DNA from: a virus | Taxonomy: Duplodnaviria; Heunggongvirae; Uroviricota; Caudoviricetes | Strand: one strand, 5' to 3' | Virus record (IMG/VR): IMGVR_UViG_2558860288_000005 | DNA length: 27,448 nt | In this document: piece by piece, positions 1-8,237 of the stretch | Position numbering within the stretch: the first letter of the stretch is position 1 | How the letters are laid out: every line of letters begins with the position of its first letter | Notes under the pieces: model-generated | What the model was told of the DNA's origin: nothing | What the model saw: the letters and a program-made list of their open reading frames with translations, nothing else | Database searches by the model: none | Program-made: the position numbers and the translations under genes

Positions 1-432
1 GTGGGTGAAGTCTTCAACAGCATCTGGGACTGCAAACAACTGATTGAAGAGCAACTCATCGATTATATCCGCACCACGCTGACCCATGCAGGCGGAATTA
101 CCGGTATGCGCCGGATTGCCGATTTTGCTTCGCTGTATCAGGTACGTACTGGCTCACACGGTCCTTCCGATTTGTCACCAGTCTGCATGGCTGCGGCGCT
201 GCACTTTGATCTGTGGGTCCCCAATTTCGGTGTCCAGGAATACATGGGTTATTCCGAACAAATGCTCGAAGTCTTCCCGCACAACTGGACTTTCGATAAC
301 GGCTATATGCATCCGGGAGACAAACCGGGTCTTGGTATCGAATTCGATGAAAAGCTGGCGGCGAAATATCCCTATGAACCTGCTTATCTACCAGTCGCAC
401 GTCTGGAAGATGGCACGCTGTGGAACTGGTAA
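1..432 (+). CDS. rspA: Starvation-sensing protein RspA (enolase-superfamily dehydratase), C-terminal part; 5' end lies outside the window
   Basis: ORF runs from the window edge; C-terminal sequence ...[38 protein letters not shown] recognised as RspA; immediately upstream of rspB as in K-12. Confidence 0.8.
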
Positions 433-443
433 GGAGTAAGATA

Positions 444-1463
444 ATGAAAAGCATATTAATTGAAAAACCGAATCAACTGGCGATTGTCGAACGTGAAATA
501 CCCACCCCGTCAGCGGGTGAAGTACGAGTAAAAGTGAAACTTGCCGGAATTTGTGGTTCAGATAGCCATATTTATCGTGGGCATAATCCTTTTGCGAAAT
601 ATCCGCGCGTCATTGGTCATGAATTCTTTGGCGTCATTGATGCAGTGGATGAAGGCGTGGAAAGCGCCAGAGTCGGTGAACGTGTTGCTGTCGATCCGGT
701 GGTCAGCTGTGGGCATTGCTATCCGTGCTCTATAGGTAAACCGAACGTTTGTACGACACTGGCTGTATTAGGTGTGCACGCTGACGGTGGTTTCAGTGAA
801 TATGCCGTGGTTCCGGCAAAAAATGCGTGGAAAATTCCTGAAGCAGTGGCCGATCAATATGCGGTAATGATCGAACCTTTTACCATTGCGGCTAACGTAA
901 CCGGACATGGTCAACCGACTGAAAATGATACCGTTCTGGTTTATGGTGCCGGTCCAATCGGCCTGACGATCGTTCAGGTATTAAAAGGCGTCTATAACGT
1001 TAAAAATGTGATTGTTGCCGATCGCATTGATGAACGACTGGAAAAAGCGAAAGAGAGCGGGGCTGACTGGGCGATTAATAACAGCCAGACACCGCTTGGC
1101 GAGATTTTCACTGAAAAAGGCATCAAGCCGACATTAATTATCGATGCGGCTTGTCATCCTTCTATCCTGAAAGAGGCCGTAACGCTGGCTTCTCCAGCGG
1201 CACGTATTGTATTGATGGGGTTCTCCAGTGAACCGTCTGAAGTGATTCAGCAAGGAATTACCGGAAAAGAACTCTCTATTTTCTCTTCACGCTTAAATGC
1301 AAATAAATTCCCGATCGTTATCGACTGGTTAAGTAAAGGGTTAATTAAACCAGAAAAATTAATTACCCATACGTTTGATTTCCAGCATGTTGCTGATGCC
1401 ATTAGTTTATTTGAACAGGATCAAAAACATTGCTGCAAAGTCTTACTCACTTTTTCTGAATAA
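444..1463 (+). CDS. rspB: Zn-dependent alcohol dehydrogenase family protein RspB
   Basis: 339-aa product from the ATG at 444 (MKSILIEKPNQ...) with AAGGAG Shine-Dalgarno at 431-436; GHEFFG and Cys-rich zinc motifs of the MDR family; the track ORF starts 8 codons earlier. Confidence 0.9.
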   Translation: MKSILIEKPNQLAIVEREIPTPSAGEVRVKVKLAGICGSDSHIYRGHNPFAKYPRVIGHEFFGVIDAVDEGVESARVGERVAVDPVVSCGHCYPCSIGKPNVCTTLAVLGVHADGGFSEYAVVPAKNAWKIPEAVADQYAVMIEPFTIAANVTGHGQPTENDTVLVYGAGPIGLTIVQVLKGVYNVKNVIVADRIDERLEKAKESGADWAINNSQTPLGEIFTEKGIKPTLIIDAACHPSILKEAVTLASPAARIVLMGFSSEPSEVIQQGITGKELSIFSSRLNANKFPIVIDWLSKGLIKPEKLITHTFDFQHVADAISLFEQDQKHCCKVLLTFSE

Positions 1464-1520
1464 TACCAATAACGGCGAGTAAGTAGTACGCATCTTACCT
1501 CTTTTTTAGAGATAACCATT

Positions 1521-1631
1521 ATGACAATAGAAAAACACGAAAGAAGCACTAAGGATTTGGTGAAAGCAGCAGTATCGGGATGGCTGGGCACTGCGCTTGA
1601 ATTTATGGATTTCAAGAGTCATGCGTGTTAA
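1521..1631 (+). pseudogene. ydfJ: 5' fragment of MFS transporter gene ydfJ, severed by prophage insertion (bacterial part ends at the att core near 1613; the ORF then reads into phage DNA to a stop)
   Basis: Short ORF MTIEKHERSTKDLVKAAVSGWLGTALEFMDFKSHAC; its LEFMDF end is duplicated as the MDFQ start of the 26165 ORF, which continues as the rest of the MFS transporter. Confidence 0.6.
1599..1613. other. attL core (prophage left junction) GAATTTATGGATTTC
   Basis: Same 14-15 bp sequence (one T fewer) recurs at 26160-26173; the flanks join to give an uninterrupted ydfJ reading frame. Confidence 0.55.
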
Positions 1632-1650
1632 CTATTTGATAAATATTAAA

Positions 1651-2946
1651 TTAATTTTTCATTGCTTCGTTATGGGGCATGGTTGGGGCAAACTCGCTTA
1701 ACTGTGTATTTAACAAAGCTACCTGTGCATTATTGTTTTCAGACATCCATTTTCCGTATACCTGAAATACCATTTGCGCATCTGCATGGCCCATCTGGTT
1801 TGCTATAAATGCCGGGTTAGCACCAGCTGTCAGCGACCAGCAGGCATAAGTATGTCTCGACTGATATGATTTTCGATGGCGGAGTCCGGCACGTTTTATC
1901 GCTGCGTCCCACATCTGCCTTATTGAGTCAACGGTAAAATGGTCACCATAATTTTTTACTCTCGCTGACACTTCAGGTTGAAAAACAAAGGTGCATTTTT
2001 GTTTTTCTGTTCTGCCATACTCTCTGAGGTGAACATCAATGATATGCTCTTTGCTCAGTCTCGTTAATGTCATCTGACTCCGGAGAGCGTCGATTGCTGG
2101 CTTAATAAGATGAATGACCCGATTGGTTCCCGCCTGTGTTTTTGGTACCGTGAAACGGTCTTTTGCTAAATTTCTCCTGATCATCATTGTTCCATTTTTC
2201 AGATCTATGTCCTCCCATCCAAGTGCACACAGCTCACCAGGGCGAACTCCAGTATAAACAGAAACACACCATAAATTTTTTGCTTGCTGATTTCTGCACG
2301 CATCGATAAGACGGATAAATTCTTCCCGCGAAAGAGGATCCGGAATGGTTCTTGATTCCTTTAATGGCGAGATCCCCTTAAACGGATTATCTGCCAGGTA
2401 ACCGTTATCAACACCAAACTGGAACACGGCGTTAAGATTTGTCATGTAATTATTTACAGTTACAGCCGATCTCCCTGGTTGTGTAACAATATAGTTACTT
2501 TTGGGGATCTGGTATCCAGTCAGTAACTCTTTACGAACCTCCAGTAATTTTTCTTTATTAATCGATGAGGCAAGATTTTTTTCACCGATTATGCTCAGGA
2601 TATTTTTGATGACGGCACGGTATGTGTTGAGTGATGTTTTGGCGACTTCAGTTTCTTTCAGTGCCAGAAATTTTTCAGCCAGTTCTTTTATGGTTAAATC
2701 TTGTCGGGCCTCACCAAATTTTTCCAGATTGCGTGAGGAGGGAAACTGTTTTGCATAGTCGAAAACACCAGTTTTTATTGCGTAACAAACAGAGGAGCGT
2801 AGTTCACCTGCAACGCGCCTGTTTTTTGCTGTGTCAGGAACCCCCAGATTTTCCCTGACTCTTACGTCTTTATAAACAAACCAGATACGTAATTTCCCTC
2901 CATGGTTTTCCACGCCTGTCGGATATTTCATTTCAACTTCTCTCAT
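1651..2946 (-). CDS. intQ: Phage tyrosine integrase (site-specific recombinase), apparently intact
   Basis: 431-aa ORF with C-terminal tyrosine-recombinase catalytic region (R...HxxR...Y; RHTYACWSLTAGANPAFIANQMGHADAQMVFQVYGKWM); stop 30 bp from the att core. A likelier start is the second ATG at 2931 (MKYPTG...), preceded by a purine-rich stretch. Confidence 0.88.
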   Translation of the reverse strand: MREVEMKYPTGVENHGGKLRIWFVYKDVRVRENLGVPDTAKNRRVAGELRSSVCYAIKTGVFDYAKQFPSSRNLEKFGEARQDLTIKELAEKFLALKETEVAKTSLNTYRAVIKNILSIIGEKNLASSINKEKLLEVRKELLTGYQIPKSNYIVTQPGRSAVTVNNYMTNLNAVFQFGVDNGYLADNPFKGISPLKESRTIPDPLSREEFIRLIDACRNQQAKNLWCVSVYTGVRPGELCALGWEDIDLKNGTMMIRRNLAKDRFTVPKTQAGTNRVIHLIKPAIDALRSQMTLTRLSKEHIIDVHLREYGRTEKQKCTFVFQPEVSARVKNYGDHFTVDSIRQMWDAAIKRAGLRHRKSYQSRHTYACWSLTAGANPAFIANQMGHADAQMVFQVYGKWMSENNNAQVALLNTQLSEFAPTMPHNEAMKN

Positions 2947-2965
2947 TAGTTAGTGTGGCTTTTAG

Positions 2966-3217
2966 TCAAGTAAGATGACGTCTTGGTCTCGCTGATGCCT
3001 GGCGCTCAATCCAGCGATCAATTTCTTCCAGGTTGTAAAAGCATGGACTGTTATCCCATGGCATACCGTCATGAGCGACATGCTTATATTCCCTTCCTTC
3101 CATAAACGATTTTTCCCGGGCCTTTTTTAACGTACCTTTTTTTATTCCTTTCAGCGCAATTAACTGCTCTTCGGATACCCATTTGCCGGGAGAGACAATC
3201 ATGATTACTTCGCTCAT
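2966..3217 (-). CDS. Excisionase-like small DNA-binding protein (Xis)
   Basis: 83-aa ORF immediately upstream of and co-oriented with int; small basic protein typical of lambdoid excisionases. Confidence 0.65.
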   Translation of the reverse strand: MSEVIMIVSPGKWVSEEQLIALKGIKKGTLKKAREKSFMEGREYKHVAHDGMPWDNSPCFYNLEEIDRWIERQASARPRRHLT

Positions 3218-3289
3218 CGATTTCTTTATCTCTTACATCAGACGAGCGCCGGTTGCAGAATACCAGTCACAACCGGCGACAGTTGAACA

Positions 3290-5761
3290 TTAAGAATCAG
3301 CCTGACTCGGGATCAGTTTTTGCCAGATAACTGAAACGTATTTTGCCTGGTAACGGGCGTCATCAAGTGCATTATGGCGCTCACCTTCGAATGGAATAGC
3401 CGTTCTGGCATCGAAGTCTATGGCTTTCCCCAGCTCAACGATTGTGCGTACATCGCGATCGTTGTAGTAACGCCACGGGCAGGGGATCCCCTGCCGTTCG
3501 TATGAACGGCGCAAAATCGTGTTGTCGAAGTTGGCTCCATTTCCCCAAACCTGAACAAAAAATTCACCGGAGTTTTCGTCGATAAATTCTCGCAATTGTA
3601 ACAGTGCATCATCTAACGGGATTTCATCGGTCATAATGGCAGATTGCGCTTCGCGTGATTGCTTAAGCCACCATTTAATGGTGTCCCGATCAATGACTCC
3701 GCCAGCAGTTTCCAGATCGATAGTCTTACTAAATTCCGGTCCCATATCTCCGGTTTGCGGATCGAAAAATATTGCACCTATTGAGATGATCGGGGCATCA
3801 GGATTTTTTCCCATGGTTTCAAGGTCGATCATTAGATGGTCACACGTCCTGCTGGTGGATGTGATTTCGTGATGACCGTTCACCTTAATTGGGTGATCTG
3901 CCGTCTCGCCAGTTTCATTATCGCTATTGTGATGCTGATTGCCGCCAGTGTTCTCCTTGTGTGGATGTTCAGCGCCTTCCATTTCCTCCGGATCATCTTC
4001 CTGAACTTCAACCTGATACTCTTCATCGAATGTTTCTTGGTATGTTGCGTCGCCCATCACCGCGCCACAATCAGGGCAGTTGCCGCCGCCGGTCTGACCG
4101 CAGGCGGTGCAGACTTTTTCCACTTCCTGTTGCGCTACTGGTTCAGGCTGTTTCGTTTCTGGCTCGTTTTGTAACGCATTTGGACTGTTTTGTTCCGCTT
4201 TTTGGTAGTTCCGTTCCGATTCATGCTGGTTCTGGTTCACAGAATCGCGGGTCTGGAGCCCCTTAACCCATTTCGGATCATTCGGGTCACTAATCCCTTC
4301 AACAAATTCACCACGTGATGCAGCAAGCAACTTATCGGCGTCAGGCTGGCTGATATTGGCTGCCTGCATAATTTTGTTTACTTCGTCAGCGGTAACTTTT
4401 ATCGGCTCTGGTTGTTCTGAATCTTCAGCGGTATCTACATTTTGCGGTAAGCCCGTGTATGTGCCATTTTTTCGGGCAAAATATTCTTCTTTTGTGATTT
4501 CAGTGGCGCCAGCAGCCAGTGCCTTATCCAGACCAGAGAGTTTGTTTGCGCGACCGTATTTTTCTCCGTCCTTATCTGCGAAGAGGAAATAGAACGGCCC
4601 CTCACGCTCTACAGATGGTTCAGCTTCCGGCGCGGTTTCATTTTTTGGGATATCAGATACCTCAGTTTCCACTGCATCAGTTTGTGTTTCTGATGACTGG
4701 AGAACATCAACAGTGCCCAGGTCTGTTTCTTCATTCTCAAACACGCCCTTTGTCGTCAGGTATTCGCAGATATATTTGTTCAGTGCTACGGGATCTTTGT
4801 GAATGTCGATCGGACGCTCACGGACAAGGCCAAAAATAGTTTGGCGGTCGTAGCGAAGGGCATCAGGCTGTTTGCGCATTGATGCCGAGATACGCTTCCA
4901 GTCTTCGCGGTCGTTGTCGATAACTTCTTTTTTTGCCCAGCGATGGATGCTGCCGTCAATGTTTCCGGCATCCACATCACTAGGCCAGAGAGCGTAGGCC
5001 AGTTCGTCATCCAGTGTTTTCCATGTCTGCTTGTATTCGCGATGAATGGCAGCAATGACCGGGCTGATTTTTCCTGTTGAATTTTCAGTGTACTGTTGAT
5101 TGGCTCTGGCGCGGGCGAGATCAACAACAGACGTGTATTTTCCGGTTTCCTTGCGTTCACCTTCGCGACGTTTTTTCCAGATGCGCATCTCTGCCTGAAT
5201 TTCGGGCCATTTAGCACCAGGAATACATTTATGCTTAACCCACCCAATGGCGTGCAACTTAAGCTCCGGATACATGGCGTTAACTTCTGGCATTTTCATC
5301 AACGCTTCAACGATATGTCCGTCGAATGTTGCCATGTCTTCCTGCAACAATTCCTGTGCGCTAATAACCATATCAACGGTGATGTTTTCACATGTGTCGA
5401 ACTTAACCATGACAGCGTTCTGTACTTCAGGGGCCAGCTTGTCAAAAGTGACGTTCATCGGATCGGATTCAGTCTCAACCGGGACAAAAGAAGCAGACTC
5501 CTCATCCCAGCGGTTTTCCTGCATATATTCAGCATCCCATGAATCGAGGGCAGGGCGGGGTATGCCAGGTTTATCCTCGCAGACAATAAATTTATAAGCG
5601 CAGTCCTGAGCAGCCGGATAATGTTCCAGGAATTGCCAGTGAAATTTTGCTCGAGCACGGCGTTCGTCGCCAGCTTCAATGGCTGTGGCTACAGCCACAG
5701 CGCCTTCTTCCCTTGTTGCCAGTTCGTCAGGAATAGCGGCGCAAATAAAGACTTTACTCAT
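3290..5761 (-). CDS. ydfE: Large prophage exonuclease (full-length YdfE-like; often annotated exodeoxyribonuclease VIII-like) with central CxxC-x7-CxxC zinc ribbon and C-terminal DnaQ-type DEDDh exonuclease motifs
   Basis: Track ORF 3290..5797; likely start is the ATG at 5761 (MSKVFICAAIPD...), preceded by GAGGT. C-terminal motifs MIDLETMG, WGNGANFD, HNALDDARY match Exo I/II/III of DEDDh nucleases; zinc ribbon CTACGQTGGGNCPDCG; long acidic low-complexity linker. Confidence 0.75.
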   Translation of the reverse strand: MSKVFICAAIPDELATREEGAVAVATAIEAGDERRARAKFHWQFLEHYPAAQDCAYKFIVCEDKPGIPRPALDSWDAEYMQENRWDEESASFVPVETESDPMNVTFDKLAPEVQNAVMVKFDTCENITVDMVISAQELLQEDMATFDGHIVEALMKMPEVNAMYPELKLHAIGWVKHKCIPGAKWPEIQAEMRIWKKRREGERKETGKYTSVVDLARARANQQYTENSTGKISPVIAAIHREYKQTWKTLDDELAYALWPSDVDAGNIDGSIHRWAKKEVIDNDREDWKRISASMRKQPDALRYDRQTIFGLVRERPIDIHKDPVALNKYICEYLTTKGVFENEETDLGTVDVLQSSETQTDAVETEVSDIPKNETAPEAEPSVEREGPFYFLFADKDGEKYGRANKLSGLDKALAAGATEITKEEYFARKNGTYTGLPQNVDTAEDSEQPEPIKVTADEVNKIMQAANISQPDADKLLAASRGEFVEGISDPNDPKWVKGLQTRDSVNQNQHESERNYQKAEQNSPNALQNEPETKQPEPVAQQEVEKVCTACGQTGGGNCPDCGAVMGDATYQETFDEEYQVEVQEDDPEEMEGAEHPHKENTGGNQHHNSDNETGETADHPIKVNGHHEITSTSRTCDHLMIDLETMGKNPDAPIISIGAIFFDPQTGDMGPEFSKTIDLETAGGVIDRDTIKWWLKQSREAQSAIMTDEIPLDDALLQLREFIDENSGEFFVQVWGNGANFDNTILRRSYERQGIPCPWRYYNDRDVRTIVELGKAIDFDARTAIPFEGERHNALDDARYQAKYVSVIWQKLIPSQADS

Positions 5762-5853
5762 TTGTTTTAACCTCATGACAGATTTAAGGATGAACAAATC
5801 CCTGCCATTGCTGGCATATAAGAATGAAACCGGATATTTATTACGGAACTGTT

Positions 5854-6045
5854 TTAAAGACCTGCCGGGATTTCGATATTATCCTGGTGAATAACTTTAT
5901 CGACCGGGTAACAGTTACCGGGAATTTTCTGTTCGGTTGCTGCAGTCATACACTCCTGCATTGTCCTGTGAACACTGACTGCAATATCAACTGGCTCTCC
6001 GGAAACAAGAAAAACTGTCAGAACAAGCACAAATGCTGAATTCAT
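5854..6045 (-). CDS. ydfD: Small lysis-associated protein YdfD (63 aa, N-terminal hydrophobic segment)
   Basis: MNSAFVLVLTVFLVSGEPVD...NIEIPAGL from the ATG at 6045; that ATG overlaps the dicB stop (ATGA), indicating translational coupling. Confidence 0.8.
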   Translation of the reverse strand: MNSAFVLVLTVFLVSGEPVDIAVSVHRTMQECMTAATEQKIPGNCYPVDKVIHQDNIEIPAGL

Positions 6046-6230
6046 TGTGCACATCCTTTTGGCATCAGACGTAAACGAGCCAGCATTGAAACAATGCATA
6101 TTTTATTTAATAGCTCCCGTTCTTGTTTTCTCTTGTTAATGGCATCTTCAGTAAATACTGGGTTACTGATAGTGACACCAATTTCAAAACAACCTTCAGA
6201 CGTATTAACGTTTGGTAATAACGTTTTCAT
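6042..6230 (-). CDS. dicB: Cell-division inhibitor DicB (62 aa)
   Basis: MKTLLPNVNTSEGCFEIGVTISNPVFTEDAINKRKQERELLNKICIVSMLARLRLMPKGCAQ; lies downstream of dicF and upstream of ydfD, the canonical operon order. Confidence 0.85.
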   Translation of the reverse strand: MKTLLPNVNTSEGCFEIGVTISNPVFTEDAINKRKQERELLNKICIVSMLARLRLMPKGCAQ

Positions 6231-6399
6231 TATCGCGTCCTCAACAATGAATTTTGTGATGCAGTGCCTGGTGCCTCCAGGTGACGTTAACCAGTTAACA
6301 ATTAACGCCGGATACAGAGAATCCACCCATAACACTGTTTTTGGTTTTAACTGTTCCGCGTGCGCTCAGCCGCATTCACCACATCACAAAATTCACTTT

Positions 6400-6457
6400 A
6401 AAAAGGGCGGCAGAGCAGTCACGGAGTAAAACTGATACCGCCAAACGTCACCAGAAA
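6400..6457 (-). ncRNA. dicF: DicF small RNA (about 53 nt plus terminator U-tract)
   Basis: Minus strand reads TTTCTGGTGACGTTTGGCGGTATCAGTTTTACTCCGTGACTGCTCTGCCGCCCTTTTT, matching DicF as I recall it, ending in a GC-rich stem plus U-run; sits between ydfC and dicB. Confidence 0.85.
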
Positions 6458-6797
6458 ATTGATAACAGAGGGCGTTGCAGCGGGGTTGTCACTTAAGCGT
6501 ATGGTCAACCTGACAACCCGGTGTCCTCAACGGGGAAGGAATAACCCCGCCATACTTACCGCCGCGCCATTTCGCGGGTTGCCACAACCGGAAGCGCACG
6601 GTCGACGAAAATTTAACGACAGGCTATCTATGAACCAGCTACCTCGCCGTGCGCTTTCGCGTTATGGTCTGACTTTTCAGGGAAATATCCTTTCAGTAAA
6701 CTGTCAGTTCCGGATGCGCACCCGTGTCCGGCGCACGCACTCCACCTCACCCGTGGAGAACTCCTTAATTACTAACCTTAGCTTTGTTGATTAGCTA

Positions 6798-7016
6798 CTA
6801 ACGCGGGTATGTAATCATTCTGGCAATGCTTAATGCCGCTGCTTTTTCCAGATTGGTGATATCCTGCTCCAGAGCGGACAGATTTTCAGCCTGCTTAGCC
6901 CTGGCTTCATTAGCCCATTTCAGATCCTGCGCTGCATTAATTTTCTGGCGCATCCACTCATAAAGTTCATCATCGGTATAGTCTGGCGCGATGATGACGG
7001 GTTCTCGTTTCTGCAT
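6798..7016 (-). CDS. ydfC: Qin-family small protein YdfC (72 aa)
   Basis: 72-aa ORF MQKREPVIIAPDYTDDELYEWMRQ... co-oriented in the dicB operon, between ydfB and dicF. Confidence 0.75.
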   Translation of the reverse strand: MQKREPVIIAPDYTDDELYEWMRQKINAAQDLKWANEARAKQAENLSALEQDITNLEKAAALSIARMITYPR

Positions 7017-7045
7017 ACTGATTCCTCGCGGTGCTGTTTCGCTTA

Positions 7046-7174
7046 TCAGCCGTTAGATTTTGCCGAACTGGAAAGCGCCTGTTTAAACTCACTGAAGCTG
7101 AGAGCTTCTTCGCCTTCGGCAAGGCCTTCGAAGTATTCTTCGTAAGCCTTTTCCATGATTGTGTCGAAATCCAT
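7046..7174 (-). CDS. ydfB: Small protein YdfB (42 aa)
   Basis: Below the track's length cut-off; my translation gives MDFDTIMEKAYEEYFEGLAEGEEALSFSEFKQALSSSAKSNG with AGGTGAG 7 nt upstream of the ATG at 7174; tightly packed against the ydfA stop. Confidence 0.6.
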   Translation of the reverse strand: MDFDTIMEKAYEEYFEGLAEGEEALSFSEFKQALSSSAKSNG

Positions 7175-7175
7175 A

Positions 7176-7331
7176 TCACTCACCTGAGTTTCTTTCCAGC
7201 CAGCGACGGGCACCATTTTCGGTTTTAAACGTTTTGCTTTTGGTATACGTCATTGCGGTGAACGTGCCGTCCTGGTTTGGAAACACGCCGTACACCAGAG
7301 ATTCGTTGTTGCCAAGATCGATAGTATCCAT
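7176..7331 (-). CDS. ydfA: Small protein YdfA (51 aa), first gene of the dicB operon
   Basis: Internal ATG at 7331 of the 7176..7409 track ORF gives MDTIDLGNNESLVYGVFPNQDGTFTAMTYTKSKTFKTENGARRWLERNSGE (51 aa). Confidence 0.7.
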   Translation of the reverse strand: MDTIDLGNNESLVYGVFPNQDGTFTAMTYTKSKTFKTENGARRWLERNSGE

Positions 7332-7411
7332 GCTGACCTCATTTCCCCTTAACGCTGGGGTAGCGGAACTGTTTGCTGAGAACACCGTGCGGTGTGTTGA
7401 TGCAAACAAGA

Positions 7412-7425
7412 TTAGCCATGACTAA
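7412..7425. promoter_or_regulatory. Candidate DicA operator at the dicB-operon promoter (TTAGCCATGACTAA; TTAG-N6-CTAA)
   Basis: Near-palindrome between dicA and ydfA; same architecture as two sites in the dicA-dicC intergenic region. Confidence 0.4.
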
Positions 7426-7497
7426 CATATCGGTCAAGTGATTTTGTATGCTATAGCTAACATAATTGATGTGGTAAAAGATAACTCATTGATGATG

Positions 7498-7905
7498 TTA
7501 TCTTTTATTTGTCCGCTGACGGGCTTTTAGTAATTCTTCAAAGAGTTTATTGAAGTTTTTTACTCGAGCTCGCATTTCGGCGAGCTGGGTATCCTGTTCT
7601 GATTCTGGCAGTGCATTAAACAGCTCAAGGAGCTCTAGTTCTTTGGGGGATAAGGCAACTGGCTTCTCAACAGGTGGTGTTGGTTGCTTGTCTTCATCGC
7701 CAAATAGAATCCATGTTGGTGAGCATTGCAATACTTTGCTGAGGGCAAAAAGGTTCTTCCCTGTAGGTTCACTATCACCCCGTTCCCATTGTGATACAGA
7801 CACATGGGAGATTTTCAGGGCTTTAGCAAGAGACCTTTGGGTGTGTTTGAGGTTTTTCCGACGATACCTGATGCGTTCGCCGATAGTTAAATTTTTTGTT
7901 TCCAT
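7498..7905 (-). CDS. dicA: HTH (XRE-family) repressor DicA, cI-like repressor of the dicB operon
   Basis: 135-aa ORF; N-terminal HTH QRSLAKALKISHVSVSQWERG; divergent from dicC. Confidence 0.9.
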   Translation of the reverse strand: METKNLTIGERIRYRRKNLKHTQRSLAKALKISHVSVSQWERGDSEPTGKNLFALSKVLQCSPTWILFGDEDKQPTPPVEKPVALSPKELELLELFNALPESEQDTQLAEMRARVKNFNKLFEELLKARQRTNKR

Positions 7906-7907
7906 AG

Positions 7908-7971
7908 TTAGCTAATGCTAAATCGTATTGACTATGTTTTTGTTAACATCTATCTTGTTAGTTATGACTAA
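7908..7971. promoter_or_regulatory. dicA/dicC divergent promoter-operator region with two TTAG-N6-CTAA palindromes (TTAGCTAATGCTAA at 7908-7921; TTAGTTATGACTAA at 7958-7971)
   Basis: Two near-perfect palindromes in the 83-bp gap between divergent repressor genes, analogous to OR sites of lambdoid immunity regions. Confidence 0.5.
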
Positions 7972-7988
7972 CAATAAAGGTGTTTTAA

Positions 7989-8237
7989 ATGCTTAAAACT
8001 GACGCTCTTTTGTATTTCGGTTCAAAAACAAAACTTGCACAAGCAGCAGGTATTCGTTTGGCTTCGCTTTATAGCTGGAAAGGGGATTTAGTTCCCGAAG
8101 GTCGCGCGATGCGTCTATTCGGCAGGTTAAACGTCTGGTGCAACGGTATAGAAATGAAGGGCCTTCTGGTCTGGTTTCCCACCGACGTGGAAAGCGTCCT
8201 AATAATTCCTTTTCTACTGAATTCAGAGCAACAGTAA
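7989..8237 (+). pseudogene. dicC: dicC (Cro-like regulator) whose 3' part appears replaced by transposase-derived sequence
   Basis: N-terminal ~43 aa (MLKTDALLYFGSKTKLAQAAGIRLASLYSWKGDLVPEGRAMRL) match DicC as I recall it; from about 8117 the same DNA encodes, in another frame, a transposase HTH segment, so the ORF tail is probably out-of-frame read-through. Confidence 0.5.

Noticed and set aside
3218-3289. Hairpin CCGGTTG-N14-CAACCGG between the exonuclease stop and xis start
   Set aside because: No following U-tract on the transcribed strand; could be any structured element; insufficient evidence for a terminator or sib-like site.
3636-5597. Several 60-150 aa + strand ORFs (e.g. 3836..4174, 3889..4266, 5096..5542)
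   Set aside because: All lie antisense inside the long exonuclease gene, whose frame is continuous and motif-rich.
6459-6794. 111-aa + strand ORF in the ydfC-dicF gap
   Set aside because: Antisense to the dicB operon transcript and overlapping the DicF 5' end; no Shine-Dalgarno; GC-rich region more consistent with structured RNA.
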